From NCBI GenBank assembly GCA_963709425.1, contig CAVPWG010000006.1, positions 121,913 through 185,912 on the forward strand: a stretch of 64,000 bases of DNA, in the 5' to 3' direction. The DNA comes from an uncultured Actinomycetes bacterium (GTDB lineage Bacteria; Actinomycetota; Thermoleophilia; Gaiellales; JAICJC01). Positions 17,138 to 26,126 of the stretch are shown here, piece after piece (within the stretch, counting starts at the first letter, position 1; the number at the start of each line of letters is the position of its first letter). Below the pieces are notes generated by a model. That model was not told the DNA's origin and did no database searches. It worked only from the letters and a program-made list of their open reading frames with translations. Position numbers and translations under genes: made by a program.

Positions 17138-18979
17138 TCATGCCGGCCGCCTCCCAGCGCCCGCAGCGCGTTCAGGATGACGGCGACGTCGATGACCTCC
17201 TGGAACACCGCGCCCGACACCGGCGGCAGGTATCCGGCGGCGGCGAGCGCCATCCCCAGGATGCTGAGCCCCAGACCGGCGATGACGCTCTGGCGGGCGA
17301 TCCGGATCGATCGCCGGCCGATGCTCACCGCGCGGGCCACGCGATCGATGCGGTCGACCGCGATCACCGCGTCGGCGGCCTCCGACGCGACGGTGGCGCC
17401 GGCCGCGCCGAGCGCGATGCCGACGTCCGCGAGCGCCAGGGCGGGCGCGTCGTTGATCCCGTCGCCGACCATCACGATCGGCGTCAGGTCCGTCGCGGGC
17501 GGCGAGCGCGCGGACGAGCTCGAGCTTGTCCTGGGCGACTGCCGGGCGTAGATCCGGTCGACGCCGGCCGCGAGGCCGACGGCCTCTGCGGTGGTCTCGA
17601 CGTCTCCCGTGGCGAGGGCGACGTATCGGATGCCCGACCTGCGCAGGTCGGCCACGAGTCCCGCCGCGTCGTCGCGCAGCCGGTCCGACATCACGATGAC
17701 GGCGACGACGCGGCCGTCGGCAGCCACCGTCACACGCGCCTCACCGGGCCCGGCGGCGGCTCATGGTCGCACAGGGCCTCCGGCTCGGTCGCGTGCGCCG
17801 CCACGAACGCCGAGCTCCCGACCGCGACCCGCCGGCCGTCGACGTCGCCCGCGATGCCCTGGCCGGCATCCTCGCGCACGCCGCTCGGCATGCTCAGCCG
17901 GAGTCCGCGAGTCCGACGCCTCCCGGACGAGCGCCGCGGCCATGGCGTGCGAGGAGAACTGGTCGAGCGACGCCGCGATCCGCAGCGCCTCGCCGGCCGG
18001 CACACCGTCGGTGGTCAGGATCCGGTCGACGTGCGCCGTCCCCAGCGTCAGCGTCCCGGTCTTGTCGAAGAGCACGGTGCGCGCCCGGCCCAGCGCCTCG
18101 ATGACGGCGCCGCCCTTCACGATCACGCCCTCGCGCGCCGCGCGGGAGACGCCCGCGATGAACGCGATCGGCGCCGCCAGGATCAGCGGGCACGGCGTCG
18201 CAACGACCAGCACTGCGACGGCCCGCCGAGGGCTGCCGCTCATCGCCCACGCCGAGCCGGCCACGACGAGCGTCAGCGGGCAGGAAGACGGCGGCGTAGC
18301 GGTCGGCCATCCGGACGAACGGCGCCTGGCTCCGTTCCGCGTCGCGCACGAGCCGCACGAGCGCGGCATACGCGCTGCCCGATGCCGGTGTCGCGGCCTC
18401 GAGCTCGAAGGCCTCGCCGGCGTTCGTGCAGCCGCCGCGCGCGGTCGCGCCGGCGTGCAGCGTGCGCGGCAGCGGCTCGCCGGTCAGCGCGGAGTCGTCG
18501 ACGATGGCCTCGGCGCTCAGGACGACGCCGTCGGTGGGGATCACCTCGCCGGCGCGGACGAGCAGGCGGTCTCCGATCTGCACCTGCTCGACTCCGATCC
18601 GTTCGACGGCCTCGCCGTCGATCCGGTTCGCCCACTTGGGCGCCCGGTCGACCAGGAGCGTCAGCTCCCGGCGGGCTCGCCCCTGCGCGAAGAGCTCGAG
18701 CGCGTTCCCGCCGGCGAGCATCAGCGCGATCACGGCCCCCGCCAGGTACTCGCCCAGCGCCAGCGCGCCGGCCATGGCGAGGAGCGCGATCGCATCGACG
18801 CCGACGTCACCGTGGAGCAGCGACCTGCCGACCGCGATGGTGAGCGGGATCAGGAGGGCGAGTGTCGACGCCGCCCAGATCGCGCTTGCGGCGAGGTCGT
18901 GGGCTCCCGCGAGCTCGAGCACGCCTCCCGCGACCAGGCTCGCGGTCGCCGCGCCCGGCAGGAGGAGGCGTGTCTCCAT
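17138..18979 (-). CDS. Heavy-metal P1B-type ATPase (P1B-5-like) with several frameshifts (probably artefacts; pseudogene possible)
   Basis: TGEP, VVATPCPLILAAP, DKTGTLT, MVGDGINDAPALA and FQEVIDVAVILNALRAL are spread over 4 frames; stop position inferred. Confidence 0.8.
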
Positions 18980-19016
18980 GGCCGTGCGCGGCAGACCGGG
19001 CATCGCGTCCTGGCGG

Positions 19017-19454
19017 TCAGGCCTCGATCGCAGACGACTCTGCGGTCTCGAGCCCGTGTCCGGTGTAGCCACCCGGGACGACGAGCACCGGGCAAGCAGC
19101 GATCGGCAGCAGGCGCTGCGTCGTGCTTCCCAGGAGCGCGCCGACGAACGGCGCTCGGCCGCGGCTGGCGATCACGATCAGGTCGGCCTCGGCTTCCCGG
19201 GCGACGTCGGAGAGCATCTCGGCCTCGTGGCCGACCAGCGAGTCGCGGATGATGATGGAGGTCTCGATGCCGGATCGGGCGAGGTGCTCGACGTGAGCGT
19301 GCAGCGAGGTCTCGATCGCGGTCTCCAGCGCGTGCGTCCGGGCATGTGCGACCACGATACGGGCGCCTTCCCGGCGTGCGTTTTCCTCGGCGACCGGGAT
19401 CGCCCGGTTGGAGCCTTCGGATTCATCGAGTGCGAGGATGATCGTGCGGTACAT
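19017..19454 (-). CDS. Universal stress protein
   Basis: TIILALDES, DLIVIASRGR...LLGSTTQRLL..A.CPVLVV. Confidence 0.9.
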   Translation of the reverse strand: MYRTIILALDESEGSNRAIPVAEENARREGARIVVAHARTHALETAIETSLHAHVEHLARSGIETSIIIRDSLVGHEAEMLSDVAREAEADLIVIASRGRAPFVGALLGSTTQRLLPIAACPVLVVPGGYTGHGLETAESSAIEA

Positions 19455-19646
19455 GGCGACACCTCCGTGTGGGTCTTACCATCGTCGCGTGCCGGCGTTC
19501 CGGCGGCATCGGGGCGCCTACGGTCCTCGTGTGCGGAGTTCCCGTATCGCGGTTCATGGCCGCCACGGCTCGCCGCCGCGTTTGGGGCCGACCCTAGCCT
19601 TGAGGTGACGCCGCCACGGCCCGCCAGCGCCGAGATGCTGGCGTCG

Positions 19647-22289
19647 CTACCACGACTTGAGCCGCGCGTGGGGCACGGTGTGTGCCACGCGGACGCGCGC
19701 ATCTACGGCCACGCAGTCGTCGGCGAGCGCGATCACCGGGTTCAGGTCGAGCTCGGCGACCTGCGGGAAGTCCTGTGCGAGCGCGGCGAGTCGAACGACG
19801 AGGTCGACAAGGGCGCCCGTGTCGGCCGCGGTCTTGCCGCGGAATCCGGCGACGAGCTCGCCGGCCTTGCCCGACGTCACGAGCTCGTGGGCGTCCACGT
19901 CGGTGAGTGGGAGTGTTGCGAATGCCGTGCCCCCGATCAGCTCGGCCATCGTGCCGCCTGGGCCGAACGCGACCACCGGCCCGAAGACCGGGTCTTGCAC
20001 GACTCCCGCCAGGAGCTCGATCCCTCCGGAGACCATCGGCTGGAGCACGGCCGGGTAGCCGACGCAGCCGAGGGCCGCGTCGAGCGCGGCGATGTCGCCG
20101 ACGCCCAGGATCACGCCGCCGCGGTCGACCTTGTGTACGCCCGCCTCGCCCATCTTGACGGCCAGCGGGTAGTGCAGCGCCTGGGCCGCCTCGAGCGCCT
20201 CGGGTCGGTTCGTGACCGTGCGCTGCGTGACGCACGGCACGCCGTAGGCGGTGAGGAGCCGGCGGGCGGCGTCTGCGGCCAGCCACGCGTCGGGGGCGGT
20301 CTCGAGCGCCGAGTCGACAACGGCCTGGGCCGCGGCCCGGTCGACGGCGGGCTCGTGGACGCGCCCATGTGGCCGGCGCAGCCATTCCGCTCGCTCGACG
20401 GCCCGGGCCAGAGCTCCGGCGGCCGCCTCCGGGTAGCGGTAGGACGGCACCGATCCGCCGTGGGGGGTGGCGCCGGGGGTGACGGCGAGGATCGGCTTTG
20501 TCGGCTCGTCGCGATCGTAGGCATCGGCGATGGCCCGCACCACGTCCTCGGGTATCGCCAGCGCCGTGGGCGCCGCGAGGACGACGAGCGCGTCGACGTC
20601 GGCATCGGCGAGGAGGAGCGGCACGACCGCGGCATACGTCGCGGCTGTCGCCGAGGCGATCATGTCGACGGGGTTGGCCACGGTCGCCTCGTCGGGAAGG
20701 AGCGCGGCGAGGTGCCCCCGCGTGTGCTCGTTGAGCGGCGCGAGCTCGAAGCCCAGCTCGGCACAGGCGTCGGCGCAGAGGATCGCGAGCCCGCCCGCGT
20801 TCGACAGGATCGCAACCCGGCGGCCGCGGGGCAGCGGCTGGGTCGCAACCAGCTGGAGGACGTCGCACAGCTCCTGCAGGGTGTGGGCCCGGATCACGCC
20901 CGACTGGCGAAACAGAGCCTCGGCCGCCCGATCGGACCCGGCCAGGGCGGCAGTGTGTGACAGCGCCGCCCGCTCCCCCATCGTGGTCGAGCCGCTCTTC
21001 AGCGCCACGATCGGCTTTCGCCTCGCGACCCGGCGGGCGATCCGTGCGAAGCGGCGGGGATTCCCGAACGACTCCAGGTAGAGCGCGATCGCGGCCGTGT
21101 CGTCGTCCTCTTCCCAGTACTCGAGCAGGTCGTTGGACGACACGTCCGCCTTATTGCCGATCGAGACAAACGCGGACATGCCCAAGCCGCGCTGGGAGGC
21201 CTCATCGATCACCGCCAGGCCGACGGCGCCGCTCTGCGACGAGATCGCGACGTTCCCCGGCTCGAACTGGCGGCGCGCGAACGTCGCGTTCAGCGCGGGC
21301 CCGGCGGCGAACACGCCGAGGCAGTTCGGTCCGACCATGCGCGCGCCGTGCGAGCGGACGAGTGCGAGCAGGTCGGCCTCGGCCTGTGCTCCGGCCGGGC
21401 CTGTCTCGGCGAATCCGGCAGAGATCACGCAGACCGCCTTTGCGCCGGCTGACAGCGCCTCGGCGACCGCACTCTGGACGGCGCCGGACGGCACCGCGAT
21501 GACCGCAAGGTCGATCGGCACCGGCAGCCCTGCGACCGAGGCGTGCGCCGGATGGCCGGCGACGGGCTCGCCCGAGCGGTTCACGGGAAACACCGAGCCC
21601 GTGTAGCCGGCCTCGAGGATGTTCCTGAAAACGGCGCCCCCGATCGAATCCTCGCGCGCGGACGCGCCGACGACGGCCACCGACGTCGGCTCGAGCACGG
21701 GCCGCAGCGACGGCCCCACCGCGGTGTGATCGCGAAGGTCGACGGCCTCCCGGTAGCGCTCGTCCGAGCGGATCGGGAACTCGACTCGGATCTCGCCGCC
21801 TTCGTCGCTGTGGCTGACCTTGAATCCGGAGTCCTCGAAGACCCGCAGCATCGGTCGGTTCTCGGGCAGCACCTCGGCGACGAAGCGTTCGATCCCGACT
21901 GTGCCGGCCTCCTCCGCGATCTGCTCGAGCAGCCGAGTGGCGATCCCGTCGGACTGTCGGTCGTCAGCCACGGCGAACGAGACTTCCGCCAGGCGGGGGT
22001 CGCGCAGGCGGATGAAGCTGGCGACGCCGATGACTCGGTCGCTCTCGTCCGGGCCCACGGCGCTGGCCAGGAGCACGCCTTCGTTCGTCCAGTCCGGGTC
22101 GAGGAAGCTCGCGACCATCGCATCGTCGACGCGGCGAACGCCGTGGAATCGCAGGCGCATGCTCGTGGGCGAGAGTTCCGCCAGGAACCGCCGCACGGCG
22201 TCCGCGTCGTCTTCTGAGGGCGGCCGCAGGCGAAGCGTGCGCCCGCCGCGGAGGATGACGTCGTGAACGCGTTGCCCGGTAGCGCTCAT
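19647..22289 (-). CDS. GNAT + NDP-forming acyl-CoA synthetase fusion (Pat/PatA-like)
   Basis: N-terminal GNAT (AEVSFAVADD..GIAT), CoA-binding VAVVGAS, GPNCLG, SQSG, SIGNKAD, SHTAALAG, ATP-grasp ELDLNPV. Confidence 0.9.
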   Translation of the reverse strand: MSATGQRVHDVILRGGRTLRLRPPSEDDADAVRRFLAELSPTSMRLRFHGVRRVDDAMVASFLDPDWTNEGVLLASAVGPDESDRVIGVASFIRLRDPRLAEVSFAVADDRQSDGIATRLLEQIAEEAGTVGIERFVAEVLPENRPMLRVFEDSGFKVSHSDEGGEIRVEFPIRSDERYREAVDLRDHTAVGPSLRPVLEPTSVAVVGASAREDSIGGAVFRNILEAGYTGSVFPVNRSGEPVAGHPAHASVAGLPVPIDLAVIAVPSGAVQSAVAEALSAGAKAVCVISAGFAETGPAGAQAEADLLALVRSHGARMVGPNCLGVFAAGPALNATFARRQFEPGNVAISSQSGAVGLAVIDEASQRGLGMSAFVSIGNKADVSSNDLLEYWEEDDDTAAIALYLESFGNPRRFARIARRVARRKPIVALKSGSTTMGERAALSHTAALAGSDRAAEALFRQSGVIRAHTLQELCDVLQLVATQPLPRGRRVAILSNAGGLAILCADACAELGFELAPLNEHTRGHLAALLPDEATVANPVDMIASATAATYAAVVPLLLADADVDALVVLAAPTALAIPEDVVRAIADAYDRDEPTKPILAVTPGATPHGGSVPSYRYPEAAAGALARAVERAEWLRRPHGRVHEPAVDRAAAQAVVDSALETAPDAWLAADAARRLLTAYGVPCVTQRTVTNRPEALEAAQALHYPLAVKMGEAGVHKVDRGGVILGVGDIAALDAALGCVGYPAVLQPMVSGGIELLAGVVQDPVFGPVVAFGPGGTMAELIGGTAFATLPLTDVDAHELVTSGKAGELVAGFRGKTAADTGALVDLVVRLAALAQDFPQVAELDLNPVIALADDCVAVDARVRVAHTVPHARLKSW

Positions 22290-22304
22290 AAAACCGCCCG
22301 TACC

Positions 22305-23126
22305 CTAGGCCGGACCAGACCGAATGACTAACACGGAGCATCCCGCGCGGTGTGCGGCGCGCTCGCTCACGCTGCCGAGCGCGTGGACCCCTGTCAGCCC
22401 GCGGCTGCCCAGCACCAAGAGGTCGGCGTCCACGTCTGAGAAGGCGTCGACGGGGTCGCGCGTGTCGTCAGTCAGGGGAAACCCGCCCGAGTCGGTCACG
22501 ATCGATCGCACCTCGCCGTAGTCGATGGCCGCCCCGCCCATCGCCACGAGCCCCGTCAGGGTCGCGCCCGTCCGCGCGGCGACCGCCACCGCATGGCGCG
22601 CGGCCTCACGCGACTGCGCCGAGCCGTCCAGGCCGACGACGACCGAGCGCGGGAACTCGTCCGTCTCTCCCGGGCGCGCGAGGAGCACCGAGCACGGCGC
22701 GGAGTGGACGAGCGCCGTCGCGACGCTGCCGAGCAGAATCCCCGGCATGCGCCGATGGCCGTGGCTGCCGATCGCAACGACGGTCGCGTTTCGCACCTTG
22801 GCCTCAACAACCGAGAGCGCCACCGGCGGCCCCGTCACGATCCCCGACTGCACGCTGACACCGGCGGGCAGCACCGCCCGTGCCGCCTCGATACCCGCCT
22901 CGATGGCTTCACGCGGGACCTTCGTTGCGTGCGCGATCGGCACCGCCGGCCAACCGATCGACACCGCGGCGTCCTCGTTGGCGACGCCGAACAGCGTCAC
23001 CTCGGCACCTGCGGCCACGAGTTTGGCCACCTGGCGAACCGTCCCGATGCTCGCCTCGGATCCGTCGATCCCGCACGCCACACGGGCGAACAGGTCGTCG
23101 GTCTCGAGGTTCGCTGGAGCGGTCAC
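22305..23126 (-). CDS. Tandem-domain universal stress protein
   Basis: Two USP domains (GIDGS...GSHG..LGSV; GLDGS...GSRG..LGSV). Confidence 0.88.
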   Translation of the reverse strand: MTAPANLETDDLFARVACGIDGSEASIGTVRQVAKLVAAGAEVTLFGVANEDAAVSIGWPAVPIAHATKVPREAIEAGIEAARAVLPAGVSVQSGIVTGPPVALSVVEAKVRNATVVAIGSHGHRRMPGILLGSVATALVHSAPCSVLLARPGETDEFPRSVVVGLDGSAQSREAARHAVAVAARTGATLTGLVAMGGAAIDYGEVRSIVTDSGGFPLTDDTRDPVDAFSDVDADLLVLGSRGLTGVHALGSVSERAAHRAGCSVLVIRSGPA

Positions 23127-23578
23127 GCCGACGCCTCTGCGGCGTCGGCTGGATCGTCTCGCACGACCACGACCGGGCACGGGGCGTGCTGCAGGACGCC
23201 CAGGGTGGTGCTCCCGAAGATCAGCGACATCATCGCTCCCCATCCGTGTGAGCCGAGAACGACCATGCTCGCCCGCCGCTCCTCGGCAGTCTCGCAGATG
23301 CCCTGCACAGCCGGGCCCTTCGCGACGACCGTCTCGACCTGGAGGCCCGCGGCGGCTGCCCGCGCCGAGGCGGCTTCGAGCGTCTCCGCCGCCCACGTCC
23401 GCTCGGCATCGATGAACTCCCGGTCGAGCTTCTCAGGCAACGGCACGCCGAAGCTCCCACGCAGAGGCGCCCAGACACACACGAACCCGGCCGTCGTACC
23501 ACGCGCCCGCGCAAGTTCGAGGCCGAGGGCCTCGGCCGCGCGGGCCGGAGCCGACCCATCGGTGGCGATCAGGATCAC
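23123..23578 (-). CDS. Universal stress protein
   Basis: ILIATDGS...VVLGSHG...FGSTT..VL.HAPCPVVVV. Confidence 0.88.
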   Translation of the reverse strand: MILIATDGSAPARAAEALGLELARARGTTAGFVCVWAPLRGSFGVPLPEKLDREFIDAERTWAAETLEAASARAAAAGLQVETVVAKGPAVQGICETAEERRASMVVLGSHGWGAMMSLIFGSTTLGVLQHAPCPVVVVRDDPADAAEASA

Positions 23579-23651
23579 GTGACAGCGGCCTCCTGGTCGT
23601 GCCTCGGGCTGGGCCCGCCCGTGCGGGTAGACCCAGCCGTCGGGTTCTCCG

Positions 23652-24122
23652 TCAGTTGACGGCGGCGGCCTCATGCGTCGCCGGGTCGCTGGCCGCACCT
23701 GCAGCCCTATCGGGAACGACAAGCACCGGGCAACGCGCAACGTGGAGCAGCCGCTGAGCGACGCTTCCGAGTAAGATGCCTGCCAGGGCGGTGTGGCCCC
23801 GCGTCCCTGTGACGATGACGTCCGCCGACTCCTTGGCGGCGGCATCCGCGATGATGAGAGCGGGGCCGCCGGTCATGCTGCTCGTGACCTGGAGCTTGGC
23901 CTCGATGCCATCGTCGTTCATCTGCTTGATCTGCCCGCGGATCTTTTCGAGCATCTGATCCTCGTCGACGTGGACCGGGCCTGCGGCGCGGCCGGCCATG
24001 ATCTCCTTCACGTGCACGGCCACGATCCGGCTTCCGGATTCCTTCGCCAGCCGAACGGCGTAGTCGACCGCCTTATCGGACGGCCGCGAGCCGTCAACGG
24101 CCAAAACGATCGTCCCAAACAT
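23652..24122 (-). CDS. Universal stress protein
   Basis: MFGTIVLAVDGS...VTGTRGH...LLGSVAQRLL..ARCPVLVV; RBS AGGAGG. Confidence 0.9.
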   Translation of the reverse strand: MFGTIVLAVDGSRPSDKAVDYAVRLAKESGSRIVAVHVKEIMAGRAAGPVHVDEDQMLEKIRGQIKQMNDDGIEAKLQVTSSMTGGPALIIADAAAKESADVIVTGTRGHTALAGILLGSVAQRLLHVARCPVLVVPDRAAGAASDPATHEAAAVN

Positions 24123-24207
24123 CGCGCACCTCCTGTGCTCTCGGGGTTGGTAGCACCAGTGTTGGCGCCCCGGCAAACGTCCGCATCCGGACGCCCGCGG
24201 ATTGCGC

Positions 24208-24224
24208 ATGCGGGAATCCCGCAT
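24208..24224. promoter_or_regulatory. Perfect palindrome ATGCGGGA-A-TCCCGCAT upstream of a USP operon
   Basis: 8-bp inverted repeat; similar site GTGCGGAGTTCCCGTAT at 19531 upstream of another USP operon. Confidence 0.5.
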
Positions 24225-24424
24225 TCTTTCACCGTGAGCGAGACTGCGCCAGACGATCGCCTCGATGTGCTGCTCGACGCCGGGTTGCGATCGTGCGCGG
24301 ACTCGAGGTGCCGCGCCGAACTGTTCATCCGCCATGAGTTTCGCGCATCCGCTGGTAGTTCGGCTGCCTGCGAGTGCCATGCGCGCACCCCAACTGACGT
24401 GACGTCTGGATGGCGGACAGACGC

Positions 24425-24988
24425 CTATGACCGCCCGGCCCGGGTTGGGCGGTGAGCGAGCCGCCACCATCCGTCTGAGGCCCGGCCTGTGGTGGCATCC
24501 GGGTCGAGCAGGTAATCCGATCGAGTCAATCCCGGCACTAGATGGGATCGCGCAGTTCCCCGGTTCGAGAACGGCGCGAGCAACCCGACCATTCGAGCCG
24601 CATAGTTGGCCGCGTCCCTCGCTCCGTCCCACTGGTACACGCCTCGGTAGATCCGCGTGTCCTCGTCCGCCAGCCACAGCTTCGAACGAAAGCCGCGGAA
24701 CCCGGCGAACAGTGGTGTATGGATCAGGCACTCGCGGCGAAACCCGGCATGCAGCGTCCCGAGGTCGTCAAGGAACGCGAGCCGAAATCCGATCACCAGT
24801 AGCACCGGATCGGCCGTCGTGGCACCGACGACGAGAGTCTCCCGGAACACCCGCGACGTCGTTCCGTCCCTGAAACCGAGCATTGCGCCGACGTGGTCCG
24901 CCGGCCGGGTCAGCCGGTGATGGGCTGACATGCGCATCCACTCGCGCGCGGACACGCCGTAGTCAGTGATCGCGGCGAGGGGGCTCAC
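24425..24988 (-). CDS. YdhR-like putative monooxygenase / dimeric alpha-beta barrel protein (start uncertain)
   Basis: FAGFRGFRSKLWL...YRGVYQWD...A..YA pattern; directly downstream of ackA. Confidence 0.55.
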   Translation of the reverse strand: MSPLAAITDYGVSAREWMRMSAHHRLTRPADHVGAMLGFRDGTTSRVFRETLVVGATTADPVLLVIGFRLAFLDDLGTLHAGFRRECLIHTPLFAGFRGFRSKLWLADEDTRIYRGVYQWDGARDAANYAARMVGLLAPFSNRGTARSHLVPGLTRSDYLLDPDATTGRASDGWWRLAHRPTRAGRS

Positions 24989-24998
24989 CCGGGACCCT

Positions 24999-26126
24999 TC
25001 ATTCGGCACGATTCGCTTCTGGGCTCGCCGGCCCGCTGCCGAGCGCGCGGCGCACGCCTCGCGCGATCTCGATGTCCTCCCGCGCCCGGATCGCGAAGAC
25101 CCGCACCCGCGCGTCCGCCGAGCCGATCTCGGAGTCGAGCTTCGCAGCGGCGTTCCGGTCTGGTGCGACCGTGACGCCCAGAAACCCGAGGCCATCGGCG
25201 GCACGCGCGCGGATGCTGGCGGCGTTCTCGCCCACGCCACCGGTGAAGACCAGCGCGTCGAGGCCACCCATGGCCGACGCCATCGCCGCGATGCCGGCGC
25301 GGAGGCGGTGCAGGTATACGGCGACCCCGAGCTCGGCGCGCGCGTCCCCGGCTTGCTCGGCTGCGAGCACGGCCTCCATCCCGGCGTTCCCGGCCAGACC
25401 GAGCAGCCCGGAGCGGTGCTCGAGCACGTCTTCGAGCTCAGCGGACGGCACGCCGGCGTGACCGGTGAGCCAGAGCATCAGCCCGGGATCGACCGAGCCG
25501 GACCGGGTCGCCATCACCAATCCTTCGAGTGGCGTGAAGCCCATCGTGGTGTCGACCGACCGCCCCCCGGCGACAGCCGCCAGGGAGGCGCCAGCGCCCA
25601 GATGGCAAGTGACGATCCGCATGGCCTCGACGGCCCGCCCGCTGAGCTCCGCCGCACGGGTCGAGGCGTAGGCGTGGGAGAGCCCGTGGAAGCCGAACCG
25701 GCGGAGGTTCCACCGCGAGCGCCACTCGAGCGGGAGGGCGTAGGTGGCTGCGGCGTCGGGGATGGACGCGTGAAACGCGGTGTCGAAGCAACCCACCTGT
25801 GGGATGCCGGGCAGGAGCCGGCCGACCAGCTCGAGCGCACGAAGCGCGGCGGGCTGATGGAGCGGCGCGAGGTCGGCCAAGGCGTACAACTGCCGCAGCA
25901 CCGCCGCGTCGATCTCGACCGGATCGACTAGCTCGCTGCCGCCGTGGACGATGCGGTGGCCGACGGCATCGAAACTGCCGCCCCGGTCGAGCTCCGCGCG
26001 GAGCGCCGCCTCGTCCACGTGCTCGGGCTGGAGCGGAACGTCGGCCGCATTGTGCAGGTGGTCGTGCTCGTCGAGGAGCGAGAGCTTGAGGCTGCTCGAG
26101 CCGGCGTTGACGACCAGGACGCGCAC
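24999..26126 (-). CDS. ackA: Acetate kinase
   Basis: VLVVNAGSSSLK, GHRIVHGG, DLAPLH, FDTAFH, GFHGLSH, HLGAGAS, TTMGFTPLEG, FTGGVGEN. Confidence 0.95.
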   Translation of the reverse strand: MRVLVVNAGSSSLKLSLLDEHDHLHNAADVPLQPEHVDEAALRAELDRGGSFDAVGHRIVHGGSELVDPVEIDAAVLRQLYALADLAPLHQPAALRALELVGRLLPGIPQVGCFDTAFHASIPDAAATYALPLEWRSRWNLRRFGFHGLSHAYASTRAAELSGRAVEAMRIVTCHLGAGASLAAVAGGRSVDTTMGFTPLEGLVMATRSGSVDPGLMLWLTGHAGVPSAELEDVLEHRSGLLGLAGNAGMEAVLAAEQAGDARAELGVAVYLHRLRAGIAAMASAMGGLDALVFTGGVGENAASIRARAADGLGFLGVTVAPDRNAAAKLDSEIGSADARVRVFAIRAREDIEIARGVRRALGSGPASPEANRAE

